DNA of 60,646 bases. It comes from a virus. Taxonomy: Duplodnaviria > Caudoviricetes. The stretch spans positions 1-60,646 of IMG/VR virus record IMGVR_UViG_3300042563_003046. One strand, given 5' to 3'. Positions 1-14,000 of the stretch are shown one piece after another (positions within the stretch are counted from its first letter, which is position 1; every line of letters begins with the position of its first letter). The position numbers and the translations under genes were made by a program. The notes below the pieces were generated by a model. That model was not told the origin of the DNA and ran no database searches. It worked only from the letters and a program-made list of their open reading frames with translations.

Positions 1-53
1 GGACGAAATGCGTGAAGCTTACGTGAATTTCCAACACGGCAAATATACCGTCG
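1..53. repeat. Terminal direct overlap, identical to 60594-60646 (circular assembly signature)
   Basis: Bases 1-53 equal the last 53 bases. The same sequence also occurs inside the repeat at 59795-59975, so circularity is likely but not proven. Confidence 0.85.
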
Positions 54-406
54 ATGTGGGAGATGTTTTTGACTTTGCCAGAAAACTTGAACGCGAACTA
101 GCCGCCGTCACCGAGCAGCGGGACGAAGCGCGGGAGGAATTAGCCGAACTAAAGGCGGAATACGGAACGTGGTGGGCGCAGAAACGCATCGCAATTGATG
201 AGCTAAAGGAAGTCACCGAGCAGCGGGACGCAGGACGGCGGGAAATTAAGCAATTAAAAGTAAAACGATGCGAGTTTTGCCACGAACTACCTCAGACGGA
301 AAATGAAAAAGCGTATGCGGCTGAGTTTGGCGATAAAAAAGGTGAATTGCCAACAATGGATGAGTGGCTACAAAACCAATCCGTAACCAACCCGAACGAA
401 CTATGA
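1..406 (+). CDS. 3' part of array family B coiled-coil protein (copy B2; starts at 60568 across the junction)
   Basis: Frame continues from ATG 60568 (MNETETPRTDEMREAY...). The N-terminus is identical to 59823..60221, with VTEQRD repeat units. Confidence 0.8.
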   Translation, partial: DEMREAYVNFQHGKYTVDVGDVFDFARKLERELAAVTEQRDEAREELAELKAEYGTWWAQKRIAIDELKEVTEQRDAGRREIKQLKVKRCEFCHELPQTENEKAYAAEFGDKKGELPTMDEWLQNQSVTNPNEL

Positions 407-717
407 ACAAAGAACTACAACGAATCAGAATAGCAGAAGCTTGTGGATTTGATAAATCACATTGGCTAGAACTTAAAGGTGGCATTGTATTCGGAACGTC
501 AGGAAGTCTCCCAGACTACCCGAACGACCTCAACGCGATGCACGAGGCATGGCAAACACTAACAAGCGATCAAAGAATAACTTATCGCGGCGAGCTTGCA
601 AAAATATGTGCGAGAGAAGCGCCAGAACGAGATACGTGCTGGCTAGAGGACATTGCAGCAGAGTTTGCGCCAGAAGCGTTCCTGAAAACCCTTGGACTAT
701 GGAAGGAAGAATCATGA
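403..717 (+). CDS. Array family A protein, copy A3 (phage ABA-sandwich-like)
   Basis: MNKELQRIRIAEACG...LPDYPNDLNAMHEA...AFLKTLGLWKEE; ATGA overlap with B2; paralog of 59467 and 60218. Confidence 0.75.
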   Translation: MNKELQRIRIAEACGFDKSHWLELKGGIVFGTSGSLPDYPNDLNAMHEAWQTLTSDQRITYRGELAKICAREAPERDTCWLEDIAAEFAPEAFLKTLGLWKEES

Positions 718-785
718 ACAAAGAACATCACACACAAAGCGGCCACGCTATTCCTAACCCTAATTACAAAGATGCACCACTATGA
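714..785 (+). CDS. 23-aa ORF, possible truncated family A start
   Basis: Begins atgaacaaagaac like A2/A3; ATGA-coupled at both ends. Confidence 0.4.
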   Translation: MNKEHHTQSGHAIPNPNYKDAPL

Positions 786-997
786 CATTAGAAACATTCT
801 CCATGCCTTCAAAAGAAACTTTCGTCACAGGTAATGGAATCTCTGTCACGGTATATCAATGGGGCAACCTTGAGGGTTGCTCATTCATGATGCACCAAGA
901 TGGGGTTACGATGCCACTGCGCTGTGCTGCATCTCTCCGCTGGGAAGAGCTTGATACACTGCTGGTTGCACTGACCGCTGCACGATCCACATCATGA
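782..997 (+). CDS. Hypothetical protein
   Basis: ATGA-coupled ORF in the plus-strand operon. Confidence 0.65.
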   Translation: MTLETFSMPSKETFVTGNGISVTVYQWGNLEGCSFMMHQDGVTMPLRCAASLRWEELDTLLVALTAARSTS

Positions 998-1287
998 ACA
1001 AACTATTATTCATAATCAAGCTCGCCAATAAGCTAAATGCCTCTGGCCTCAGCGTCAACGAACTCGCTACCCTAGCCACGCTCTATACTCTGGCGGATGG
1101 TGCTAAGTCTATAACTACCGATGAGTTAAAGAAAACTCTTGGGGTAAGGTCTATAGCGCCAACGCTCAAGGTTCTTGGCAGCTTAATACAGCGAGTATCA
1201 CCAGCAAAGACTTCTCCTTACTATCACCAAGTTAAGTTAACTCTCGCTGGGGAAAGAGCGCTATCCTTAATTATAGACGTAGCATAA
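994..1287 (+). CDS. Putative winged-helix (MarR-like) DNA-binding protein
   Basis: GLSVNELATL...ITTDELKKTLGV...VKLTLAGE pattern typical of MarR-type wHTH. Confidence 0.55.
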   Translation: MNKLLFIIKLANKLNASGLSVNELATLATLYTLADGAKSITTDELKKTLGVRSIAPTLKVLGSLIQRVSPAKTSPYYHQVKLTLAGERALSLIIDVA

Positions 1288-1289
1288 CA

Positions 1290-1751
1290 TTAAGGTTTCT
1301 TGGCGTAGCTGCCTTTGTCTTTTACATATTCGGCAGCGCGTCTAAGAATCACTTCACTATCTAAAAACATTCCGAGGGCTCTATTACACTGGCTACATAG
1401 TAGCCCTCTAAATTCCCCAGTGCTATGGTTATGATCAATGGCGCTACCCATAATTCCTATGGCCACAGCACATAGCGGGCACTTACCATCTTGCTCCTCG
1501 AGAAACAACATGAGGAGCTCGGGAGTAATACCTCTGCGAGCACAGCGTTTCTTTAAACTCCAAGTGTTGCGCTTATTGTATTCTTTGCAGATGTGCGGAT
1601 TTTTCTGAGCCCACAGGATACTATTTTGGCGGAGACATTCTTTGCAATGGCTCGTTAAGAGATGAGCTAAACGCCCTCCTCTACTTCTGAAAAGAGAAAC
1701 TGGTTTGATCTCTTTGCACCTAGTGCATCTTTTAGTCTGTATATCTGCCAT
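1290..1751 (-). CDS. Recombination endonuclease VII-family (HNH-like) endonuclease
   Basis: QDGKCPLC...IDHNHSTGEFRGLLCSQCNRALG, with an N-terminal CxxC zinc module. Confidence 0.9.
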   Translation of the reverse strand: MADIQTKRCTRCKEIKPVSLFRSRGGRLAHLLTSHCKECLRQNSILWAQKNPHICKEYNKRNTWSLKKRCARRGITPELLMLFLEEQDGKCPLCAVAIGIMGSAIDHNHSTGEFRGLLCSQCNRALGMFLDSEVILRRAAEYVKDKGSYAKKP

Positions 1752-1769
1752 CTTTTAATTCGTAACCTA

Positions 1770-2072
1770 TTACCATTTTTCGCGATTAGCCCAATATGCC
1801 GCAGACAGTTTGCCTTTGGCTATATTCTTTGCATGCCTCGCTTTGAACGAGGCTCGTTTATTCTTCATGCGATCCGATTCCCCAGCCTTCGGCTTGCCTG
1901 CGGTCTCCGCACCCTGCTCCCCGAATCTGATTGTCTTTACCTGATTCCCTTCCTTGGCCACTACGATGTGGCTTTTGGTCGGGTGCTTCGGAGTAGCCTT
2001 CGGTTGATTAACCCCAGCTACTCCTGCCGCTTTAACTCTGCGTTCTATTGATGCTTGAAAACTATCTGACAT
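1770..2072 (-). CDS. Small basic conserved phage protein
   Basis: KTIRFGEQG...ASFKARHAKNIAKGKLSAAYWA motif, common in phage structural regions; ATG at 2072. Confidence 0.75.
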   Translation of the reverse strand: MSDSFQASIERRVKAAGVAGVNQPKATPKHPTKSHIVVAKEGNQVKTIRFGEQGAETAGKPKAGESDRMKNKRASFKARHAKNIAKGKLSAAYWANREKW

Positions 2073-2076
2073 AATG

Positions 2077-5000
2077 TTACTTGGTTTTGATCTCATCGAT
2101 AAAGATGTATCGATTGTATCTGTCACGAACTTTAATCAGTTGCTCCAGCCTATCTGTTTGTTGATTCTCGATGAGCTTTTCTGCAAAATCTTTCTCGATG
2201 TCTGGTCGATCCATGATTCCTTGGAACAGGAGTCGTGCTTTCTCTTTACCGATCCCTGCTGACTTCATCGTGTTATACTGATCTTGTGGCTTGATACCTA
2301 AGCTCTCGAACCCACGAACAACACCGAGTAGCTCTTGGTTGAGCGAGCGGCGCCCTTTGAATTCACGGTCATAGATTTCATCAATCTCCTCAGGCGACAT
2401 GGCTTGCTTGCGAAGCATAGCGTATTTCTCACGCTTAAGCTGCGAGAACCTTTCGGCGTGGTCATATAGGAAGCGGCGATGTTGCGCGACTAAGTCAATC
2501 TGATGTGTCTTCGTTGGTTTCATACCGTCGAACAGCTGCGCTAGTGGTGAGTTACGCTCGCCAACATAGTTACCATCCATAGCATTCACCGAGTTCATGA
2601 CATCCTGCACGATTCGTGGCGTATAAGTTTTCTTGAAAACATATGCCGCTTGCTTAGTCATGGCCTCGAAGACTCCATCTACTCCCTCGATATAAATATT
2701 CTGGTTCGTTGTGCTATCTTTATTTTCAATAACATCTGCAAGGTTACCAGCTAGGATTTGATCATCGAGATAAGTGCTAAAGAAGAGACCCTTAGTCAGC
2801 GCTGATGCAGCATTACCTACTTCTCCATTCTTAATATATGGCAGCGCCCTCATAAACGGATCTAATAGTAAGCTAAAGGGGTTAACATAGGTTAGGTCTA
2901 GTGAGATCAAAGCATTTTTACTATCCCTGTAGAAAAGGAACGAGTGGCCTCTGAGATACTCGGGCATCGATTTGCGTAATGCCTCATCTTCTTCATCTCT
3001 CACACCACCGAATAGCGCAGAGATTACAGCGGGTAGGGCAGCCGAGACCATTCCGAGCATTGAAGTCATTCCGCCAAGTCTCTTCATACCCCGAGCTACA
3101 AGCACTGGGTTTCCGCTATTAACTTCCTCCCACCCGAGCTTATACGTATTGAATACGATACGCGGGACTTCAGCTTTGAATCGGATGAACGGGGCGAACA
3201 TCAAACCAAAGGTTGAGTTGTTAAGAGCTTTCACAAAGTCAGGAGCTTGGCTCGCTGACTGTGCTGTCATCTTAACTTTCACAGCAGCCATACGCTTAAG
3301 GTCGTAGTCGGACATGCCAGTGAGTTTTCCTGATGGGTCGTTAGCCCTAGCCTCGATCAGAGTATCTAACTCGTGCTGGAAATACTCGATCTTGTAGGCT
3401 GCATCAATAGCACCCGAAAGTGTAGACGCTTTGTTCTCTAGCCACTCCATTCCTTTTCTTACTGTTCCAACTACTGGCAGCTCGGCCGTAAATTTATCGA
3501 GGGAGGCGAGCATACTATCTTTGCTAGCCGCACCAGATAGCAGAGCTTTTAGCATAGCTGGCTGGATCTCGTCACCGATGATGCCAAGACCAGTAAGCTC
3601 AGCCATGGCTGCGTTGATGCGATTAGGGTCTTTGAGTTGCATGTAAGAGAATACACCTGTGCGAATGGCGATTTTATCTGCCCGAATAAACCCTTGTGCG
3701 GGTGCAAAAAAGAGCAAGTTGCCCAGAGCATTCCGTAGGTAGAAGCCAACAGAACCCAACGTTTTGGCTACCATTGCCTTGCCTGTGAGATTACGGGCGA
3801 CGAGCGAGATAGCGCTTACAGCTGCCTCAGCTGTTGTAGATTGCTGAGTAACACGAGCCTCGAGCGCTGCACCGAGCGAATCAACAATGTCCTTAGGTGC
3901 ATACATGTGGGCAAGCGGATCGTTCTTAGTTGATCCACCCGAGCGCATTGGCACATAGTCTGGGTATTGGCTTGGGTTCGCTGCATACGTTTTGGCATCG
4001 ACCATGAAGCCTTGCTTAGCTCCCGTCTTAGCAAGATTGTTAAGGAAGGTTTGTTGCGCCGCCACCATAGCTACACTCGAAAACGTGCGGACAATTAGGT
4101 CAGTGCCATTCTCCGCTCCGTATTCTCCAAGCAAATCACGGAGTTCCTTGGGTAGGTCTTTCCGTCTCTTCAGGTTGTTCTTAATCTCTCTGAGACCCTT
4201 GGTTGTTTGTGGGCTAGGACTTTGTTTCTGATCATAGCTCGATAGAAATGCTTCCATAGCCTGACTACCATATGAACTACCTGCTGGTGCTTTCTGATTT
4301 GCTTTTTGTATTGCTAGATTAGCAGCGTTAGTCGCGTCGATGTCGCTCAATCCTTGGGCTTTAGCCTCGCTAAAGGACATGTTGAATAATTGCGTAGTAA
4401 AGAAAGACATAGCCGCATCACGAACAGCTTGATAGTGCGGTTCAGTCCGCACTCGCTCAGCATATGTTGGGTCATTAAACATCGCGTAGGCACGAGTAAT
4501 GTAGATACCACCCGTCTTATCAATCTTGAGCCCGATGTTTGGGTCGATACCAGCCGCGATTAGCTTTTGTTGAATAGGCTGGATGAGCTGCGTCCTCATG
4601 CTAACTATGTGCACCGCGAGGTCACTGTTGAGACTTTGGAGTTGGTTGAGCGCGGCGTCTCGTTCGATTGTTACTTGAGCAATTGCACTAGATTCTGCCG
4701 CCTCGATATCTTGATCACGCTGCTGACGGGCTGCTGCCCGCTGTGTCCGCTGATCTGCTGGGGTTAACGTCTGATCATTAGCGATACGTTCGAGCTCGGC
4801 GTTATATGCTTTCTCCATAGCCTCATATGCTGCATCGCTCACGAGGTTGCCATCGATGTAGCCCTGAGCTTTTGCGAGCAAGTCCCAATCTGCTGAGGCC
4901 TTATCTCCGTAAGTATTGATAACGAGCTTATCCATTTTCTCTTTGTATGAGATCACTAGCTGTGATGCAGCCCGTTTGAATTCTTCTCGTTGTTCAAATA

Positions 5001-8000
5001 AGCGTTTAACTGGGGTGCTCATATCACCACGGAAGATGTTAAGCCATCCTTTCTGCGCTTTGTATGCCCCGTATTCAAACATGGGCATCTCGAGGAGTTC
5101 TACAACTGCTGAGAAGTCGATGTTCGAAAGATCGGAAGATGCGCTAGAGCTCTGCCCAAAACTCGTAAAGAGTTTAAATGGAACGCCCGCCTCGAAAGCG
5201 CGATCATTGTGTTCGTCTTTGATCTCTTGCAATTCCTCTGGTGTAATATTCTCATCTTTAGTAGCCGCTCGATATGACTTCATAATCACATCAATATCTT
5301 CGATCCTAGCTGTTCTGACCGCTGGAGAAAACATCCGAGTAACATAATTTTTTAGGTCTTTACTACCATTTTGTGTATCAAATGTAACATCCAAACTTTG
5401 GCCATAGCGCCTCCATAGGTTAGCTGCCCTATTACCTTTTGGGTTTACATGAATCGCATGGTATAAATCTAGCTTGCCATCTGGCGTAGTCGCCGCATCT
5501 ACAAATTCATTCAGCTCGCTTGCAATTTGAATCTTAGATTGTTCTATGAAGTTAACTGAATGCTCATTAAGTTTCCTTTTTAGGTCGTTAGATAAACGCT
5601 GTCCTTGAGCGCTATTCAGGATTTTGTCCTGTAACCAACTAATCTGATCTTCTATGTCTATTTGAGCTCTTCTGATTTTTCTATCTAGCGCTGATCCTTT
5701 TGTGAAATCATCTAACTTGTTAGCTCGAGCCATTTGAAATCCCATAGATGGCCATGTGTAGTAACCATTCATCGACTCATTTAATTTTATACCATATTTA
5801 GATTGGTCTGTTCCTGTGGGGAATAACAATGCTACTACGTCTGATATAGACCGATCAATATTTAGGGAATCAAGATATCCAATTTTAAAAGATCTCTTAA
5901 GGAAGTTAGACCCATCGCCGCCACCCAAGGTCTCAATGCCTAACGCTTTAATGGCGCTATTGTTTGAAACAAGGGCGTTCATTAGTGTTGCAGCAAATGG
6001 AATTTTGGCCGCTTCTTGTGTAGTCCCGCCATCTCGACCCAACCAACCAACATGGATGCTGTTCTCGTTCTTAATATCTAAATCGACTGATACCACAGCT
6101 GTTTGTTTGTTAGCTACCCATGGGTTGTTATTCACCTTTTCATATGCGCTAACTTCGTATCTATCTTTACCTACTGAGACTACCTTGAATTGGAATAATC
6201 TATCTCCATACTCAATTCTCAGCGCCTTAATAGTATCTTCCAGCGCCTGTCTATCTATGTTCTCGATTACTTTAGTTTCAGTAGGATTCAACGCACTGAG
6301 GATTGCTTCTATGTCTAAGTTTGTTGACTCCATGTCGGGATCAAAACTCAGGGGTAACCCATCGACTACTAAGTCAGGGGGCGTTTCAAGATCAGTTCCC
6401 CCACCAAGGAGCGCCATTGGCGCCGTCATAGAACCATTAGCTCTGGCAGCTGCTTCTTCAGCGATAACACTATCTGGTGTATTCTCCGCGTAGTCATATC
6501 TGAATGTTACGGGGATCGGTGTGCTAGGATCCAATCCTAAGCTCTTCATTTTTTCAACGAGAATAATAGCTGCTATAATCGCTTCCGCCTTTACATTATC
6601 TATTTGCCCATCAGTAGTATAAGGCACTAGATCAAACGTAGAACTATCTGGGTCATAGGTTGATAGTAACTCTACTGCTTGAACTTCTTGCACTGGTCGG
6701 CTCGTTAATGATAATACTAGTCTATCAAATTCCTCTAGCTCGTCTACTATGGTATCATAATAAGCGTCGCCATCGTCCGCGAAATATAGATTGAGCGCCT
6801 GATCAATACTCCTGTTTAACCCGAGCGTGTTTTCTAGATCCTGTAGTGATAGCGTATATGATACTGAGAATAATTCTGGCCTATCTGGAGGGGCTGTCCA
6901 CCTTGCTGCAGGTGAACTAGGTGTGCTGCTAGCCGTAAAGTCAAGATCACCTTGGACGGGGGTAGTAGGCGCCTTATTAGTCGGTGCTACCGCAGCAGCC
7001 TCATCATCTACAATCTGGTTACCATTGATGACTCGAAGTCCTGCTTGTTGCATAAGTCCAGCAAACGTAGTTAGCGGTAATCCTGATGTCGCCAGTGCTG
7101 CCATTCTATCTTGTGCTTCGTATAATGCATCTGTCTCATCGAGGATGTTATAGTTTAAGATGCGGTTATATTCTGCGATTGCTTCAGCTGGAGAATTTGT
7201 ATCCAGCGCTCTGTAAGCATTCGTTTTTGCAAAACCCATGTTGATGGCTTGCATCTCTTGCATCATGGCAAAGACAGCAGCATCCATAGCGCCAGAACCC
7301 ATACCGAGTTTCTTACGATTGAGATAGCTGTTGAGCGCCCCACCGATGTATCTCTTTAATATGCGCAGCAGAGAGGGCTTGCTCGTCCAAAAGGCTATGT
7401 CATCCTCGGTGGTGTAACCACGAGTTACTTGTTGTAAGCGCATACGCAGCTTCTCTTCTACAAGAACACGCTGCTGTTGGCGGACGACTGTAGGATCGCT
7501 AGATGCGAGTTTAGCTAAAACGTCTGCAACATTCTGCGGGTTATTAATGTGGTAGGCTCTAGCAATTTCTTCATAAGCTGAATTAGATAAGCTATCCACA
7601 ATGATATCTACCTCACCTTGTGTAAGAGACCCAAATGATGCGTGGTGACCGAGTTCTTCGTTAAGAATAGAATCAAGAATAGAACGTTGGGCTAGTGGGT
7701 CTAGCTCATACATCTGGGACATTAAGATCGCAGGATTAATCCTGATCACATCGCCCTCTGCCTCAGCAGCGCCCTCAATAGTTTCGTCTCTGATTACCCG
7801 AGTGCCCGCAGGTATACGTGTATTCAGCCATCGCATTAATTGCACGAACTGAGCTTTCTGTTTTTCTGTTGGTAGCTTTTTGCTACCTGATGCTATTGTC
7901 TCCTCTATGCTGGCCTCTGTTTTATCGCGGTCAGCTTGATCCGAAGCGGTTGTTTCAGTGTCAGCTGCTGTCGCCGCCTCTGTCGTTTCTGTAGCTACTG

Positions 8001-11000
8001 GAGCTGCTGTATCAATAGTGGGCGCAGCAGTAGAAGTAGAGAGACGAGGTGTGTTGGTGACCTCAGCCAGATCATTAGCAGCACGAGTTACATCTGATGC
8101 TACCCGCATACTAAATGGAACTGCAGTAGCACGAATCGTCGTCTTGGATAAGTCTACGATATCCTTGAGCGCTTGGGCGTAAGCTGTGTTCTCTTTAGCT
8201 GATACCTTGCGGAACAACGATACCATCGCTTCGATGATGCGCTGGAAGAAACCACGCTGTCCTTCTTGGACTGGTAGCGTCTTTATGAATTGTTGGAATG
8301 TTGGGTCGAGCAAAAAGTTTGCTACGAACTCGTCTATATTCTCGAGACCAGTTTCTAGCGATGCATTATATCCATCTTCGCCTTGCTCGGTCTTTTGTTG
8401 GGCGTATGCTTTTTGGGCGAGCTGGTAAAGACCCTCGAGTCGTAAGCGAGCTGATCGTTGTTTATCAGACAATAGCTCAAGCGGTTGTGTCATGGTATCC
8501 GATAGGAATGCATGAACATATTCTTCGAGCAATACGTTCTCAAGACCAAGGCCGTTACCCTGCTCGGTGTTTAGGAATACGCTGTGGTTACCGTCTACGT
8601 GACGCGCATACTCACCAGCGATTGGTGTTTGACTAGATCCAATAGAGAACTTAACTCGGCGGATAAACGCTGGGTCTTCGAGTAGGAGCTCTGCTACTAA
8701 TTTATGCGCTGGGTTATTGCTACTCTTAGAAATTTCAGTAAGCGCTTTGACTACTGACTCTGGATCTCCTGATGCTAAACCTAGGCGAGCAATGTCTGCA
8801 GCATTTTGCTGGCGGAAGAGTCCTTTGTTTGCATTGTTTACAACGGCACGAGAAAATCGTGTGCGGACTGCCCTATCAATTGTCTTAATAATATTAGATG
8901 CCCTTCCTTTTGTGGCCGCTTCTCCGAATGTAGGCGCTAATAAGCGCTGGACTTCAGCAATATACGCTGGGTCTTCAAGTGGGTTACCATCAATGCGACC
9001 CGCAATAGCAGATAACTTGAGCGCATTCTTTAACTGCATCCCAGCGGGAGCGCCACCCCGTTCAAGATCTTGAATAAACGAGAGCACATCAGGGCGGTTG
9101 GCGTGGTTACCTAACGACATCCAGTCACCAATTCTAGCCATCAAGTCACGCGAACTCAGACCTCTTACGTGGGCTGCCGTGCCACCATCGGGATTAGGAT
9201 ATACTGAAGTATATGCTAATTCTTCGAGGCTATCACGGAGGTCGGTATCATTATCAATGGCATCAACTGCCTCAGTAATCGTATCTTTTATAGTGAGGTG
9301 GAATGCTTGCTCTGAGATAGCAAAATTAGGATTAGCTCCACCGAGACTGATCGAAGAATTTTTCAACTGCTCAGCATCGATGTTATCGATCATGCTGTTA
9401 GCTTGGTCTTCAAAGGCCACATCAGGGTCTTGAAGGACTCCTGTTGGTCTGCTCTCATCAAGAGATACCATAGCTCGAGTGCGCTCATTTACTTTGCGAA
9501 CTATCTGTTGTTCGTAGTAGCGATCTGCTGTCCGTCTGAGGACAGTAATAAAAGAGGGCATAAACCCGCCAGTTAAGTCCTTATTGTTTATGACTCGTTC
9601 ATTGATGAACTGAAGAACAATACTTGTATTAGTAGCCGACTTGTTAGGCCGTTTGGAAAGCAGGGGTGACAGAACTTTTGCCATGCCCTCGACGTCGAGA
9701 TTTCCTTTGAGCCTTGATTGCAACGCTTTGATTGCACCATTCTGTTTCTTTGGTAAGAGAGTTACGTTGTTGCTGCCAACCTCGGGTGTCGTCAGTTTAC
9801 CACTCGACAATATATCTACGCGCAACTCGTGGAGATTGGCAAGCATTAAGAATTCTATCTTAGCCGCTGTAACTGCATTGTCTTTAAAGTCTTCATCAAG
9901 GTCTCCTCTATTGATCGCGGTTGAACTTAGGAGAGCATCAACTGCTTCAGCATTCCCAGTAAAAGCGCCAACATTATACATGAGCTCGCCCATAGTTGTG
10001 GCTAGGCCTTCTCCATAGCCCGTGCGCTGGTTTACTGACTTAGTGCCCGTTGGCATGGGTTTAGCCTCTACTCCCTCAGGATAAAAAGGTATTCTGGAAT
10101 ATGCTTCATAGAGAGAATTATCCGCACTAATATCAGTGGTTTCAGTAATACGTGTCACAGCAGACTCCATAGATTTACCATCCAAAGAAGGCTTTCTGAC
10201 ATCAACGACATAGTTATTCTTAATAACAAAACTCTTATTGATCGTATTGCGGTCAACCGAAGGTTTAATAAATACAGGGATGCCATGTGCTAACATCTCC
10301 GTTACCACAATAGGGTCGTTATTAAAAATTCCACGGTCTTGGCGGTCGAGCGGCATTTTAATTGTGCCCTTTACAGTTTCATTTTTAATTGGGTCAAAGT
10401 AAGTAGAAACCCGAGATGCATTTTGTGTATAAGCTACTTCGCCCTCGCCAATCTTAAATGCTGGATAGAAAGCGTAAACTAGACGAGCAAGATATTCTGA
10501 CTTAGACACGAGATTTTTAGCTGTCACAGTGCCATACTTAAGAGCATTACCAAAGCGAAGTGGGAATCCTTTGAGGGCTAGCTTTGAAACCGCATCTGCT
10601 TCTGCTTCTTCCTGCGGGGTAAGTTCATCACCATTGCGAAATGGCGTAGTATCAAAACTTGATAACGGCGTATCCGTTGGGAGTGCCTGAGTTATAGGGG
10701 CTGTTGTTTCCTTTTTACTTTTGCTCTTATTCTTTTTGCGTCGTTGCTTTCTCGAGGACTCATCTACATCTGCATCAGGATCAAAGCTCGCTACATGTGA
10801 AGCTGTGTTGCTCGCGGCTTCATCCGTATCAATCTCTGCAACTGCTGCTGCTTTTTGAGCGGCTGGTGATGGCTGTGAGATAATCGTGATCGGCTCTTGA
10901 GAGAAAGTTGAGCTGATAGTGGTCGAACCTATGGTGGCAACAAGTGGAACCTCTTGGTTGTTCTCTAACTGTGCTACTGCATTGCTGATAATTTGATCCG

Positions 11001-14000
11001 CCTGTTCTTGTGGGGTTTCCGAAATGCGCACAAACAACTCATTAACATCCGTGATATCAGAAGGTTGTTCCAGCGAAGGTGTTTCTGAGGGAACTACTGG
11101 CGGTGTAAAAGCAGGGGTTGCTACTGGCGCAACAGGTTTAGGTAAAGCCCGTGGGACTTTAGCGTTACCCGTTTCCTTGATGTATCCAATTTCTTTCTTG
11201 GCTTTTTCAATTTTTGCATTCGCTTTTTTACCAATTGCTTTTCTCCCAACAAGTGGGACTGATAGAGAAGTAATTAAACTTTCACGCTCAGCAATTGCCG
11301 CTTCGGCCTCTGGGGTCAGCGTGATGGGAGCTACTGGTATTACTTCAACAGGAGTGGCTTCGATAGGAGTTGTTGGCTGACTCGTATCGTATCCAAATTG
11401 CTGGCTTGCTCCAACTGGCGCCCCCTCAATAGGGGTTGTAGCCGCAGGAGTTGTATCCGCAGGAGTTGTATCCGCAGTATCTGCGGGGATTGTAGCCGCA
11501 GTATCCGCAGGAGTCGTAGCTGCAGTCACCGCAGGAGTTGTAGCCGCAGGAGTCGTAGCTGCCGTCACCGCAGGAGTTGTAGCCGCAGGAGTTGTAGCCG
11601 CAGGAGCTAGTGTAGAAATAGGCGCTCGGCGGGCACGTGCTTGCTGGGTCAGGATTCTTCCTACTGCTTGTGCCGTAATTGGGCTACCCGAATCATTTAG
11701 ACGCTGAGTGACATCTGAAATAAACTTCTGTTGTAAACTGATGCCCTCTTGTAATACAGCTGCCTGATTCTTAAATGGATTGACTTTGTTCCATGCCCCT
11801 TTTGTGAGTGTGATTCCACCACCTAAGGTAGCTCCCATGGCCGCTGCATACATCGTTTGTTTTAAGCGCTCCAAGAATGGGGTATCCTGATCACTAGCTG
11901 CATCCTCAACAAAACTGTTAAGGAGCTGATCTAGCCCTTCTTCCTGCGCTTCGTCTACGGCATCTTTTAGGAATCCAGTCTTCGAAGATTTCTCGAGCTT
12001 TTTAATAGTAGCTGATAACTGCTTAGTAACTGCTTCTTTAAATTTAGTATCACTTAAGTTTTTGACGTTGGCTAACGAGCCTAAAAGATTTTTGGATTGC
12101 TTAAATGTTAAGCCACGTAGCATTGCGTCTTCTACACCCGCTTTACCAAATGAACCAAAGGCTGCGGTAATAACGCCAGTAACCATTCCACTAGTTAGTG
12201 CAGCTCCGAGAGATCGGTCGTGGATTTGTTCGTCAGTGAGCCCTAGCTCTTGCTGTTTCTTCTTAAGCGCTAGCGAGACGCTACCATATGTGCTAGCCCC
12301 AGTGCGAGTAGCAGCTGGAATAAAGGATGCGGCAGAAGTCCCAATACGTTGTGCTACGAGGCTGTTGTATCCCTTGATGGCTGCAAGCGCTCCTTCTCCT
12401 GTTACTTTTTTTACAGACTCTTTGATTAGCCCATCAGCAAGGATTCTCTTCGCAGCTGTCTCAGCTGTCTCTTTGGCGCCGATTCTAAAAGCTCCTTTTG
12501 TCAAGCCTTTCATCATGCCCTTCATGGTGAGCCGAGCTCCTTGTTTTGCTGCTAAGTATGCGACCCCACCCATTCCAGCTACGGGAGCTGTAACGGTGCT
12601 TAGCAGAGCAGTAGCGGCCATATCTACTACGAGTGGTGCTAGCGACTCCGCAATATCTTGGCCAAAGCCCATTTTCTGCCCGAACATTTCGGCAACTTCG
12701 CGGCGATCAGAATTGTCCTGTGCTATGTCTCTCAACATTTCGGCAGACCAATCAGCGCCAGCTGCCGTTAATACTCCCAAGACAGGAGATCCGAATCCAG
12801 TGAGAATGGACATTCCGAGTCCTTTAGTTCTCTCAGTAAAATTACTATAGTTTTCCTCATCTTTTAGGAAGTCGTTGAGGATCTCATGGTTCGCTTTGCC
12901 CTTAAGGCGGCCGTCAATTTTTGCCAGATTCCACTTATCCTCGCTGCCTGTGCGCTGAAATACTTTATCAGCGTTATTGTAATTATCTGTAAGGGCTACT
13001 AAGCGCTCGCCTTCAAGTTTTTTTCTATCGTTACCTGTGATGTCTGGCCGAGCTTCCAGTGTTTTGTTGAACAAATTTTCGTTCATCAGCGCTGCTGGGT
13101 GCATAACAGTTGTGCCCAAAGAGGTCTTGCGAATATTTTTTTGATATTCACCCTCTTCATCATGTAGCACAAATTTGCTATTTTGCGATGCATTAGAAAT
13201 AGCGACCTCTTTAATCAGTCTATCTACATCCTCTGGATTTAGCGACCCTTTTTCAAACGCCCCAGAATCCTCAAGTTTCTTAGTGATCGTGTCCCTAAAG
13301 TATGATATGTCGCGATCAACTTGGCTATCGATCTCTTTCTTAGCATTATAGTCGGCATCTACTTTTTTAGATGCTTCATCAGAAAATAGTCCTATTACTT
13401 TGGATACTCCAAGTCCTAGTGCTTCGCCAAATTCATTTGCTAAATATGATCCTTTATCCCCACCATCAAACTCTTGAAAGGCTGCTCGGTTTCCGAGTGC
13501 CTCTATGGTTGACTTAACTGACTTATCAGTTTTTGCCAGAGTAGACAGGGACTCATACATTTCAGAGATCTGATTAATTTTGTATCGAGCTACAGTTGAG
13601 CCTTCTGCAATTGCCAATTCACCTTGTGCTACATAAGCATCTGCTAAAGAAACACCTGCTGCGCGCGAGGCTTTGAGTGCCTCATTAAGGCTCATCGACG
13701 TAGCGAGGTCGCTAGTCTTGAACATGCGGTCTCCGTTGTCATCTTCGAAGACAGCAAAAGGAATCTTGTTCGTATCGATTGCTCGTGTCTTAGCCTCGTT
13801 GTATCTATTGAGGATAATATTATTAGCCGCTTCTTTGAGCTCGGCATGTCTGGCGAGGGACTCCTCTGTAAAGCCATTAGGGTTACCTGCTTTGATAGCT
13901 TTGTCCATCGAGCTAAATTTGCTCAATGCATCGCGATCTGGATCATCATAATTTAAGTTGGAAAGTGTCAGTGCAAACTTATCCTCGAAGGATGGCTCGA

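Noticed and set aside
1290-1751. Endonuclease VII gene as part of an intron or intein
   Set aside because: It is free-standing between intact genes; no split host gene is visible.
2972-13951. Many plus-strand ORFs opposite the giant gene
   Set aside because: They are Ser/Ala-rich antisense shadows of a long coding frame.
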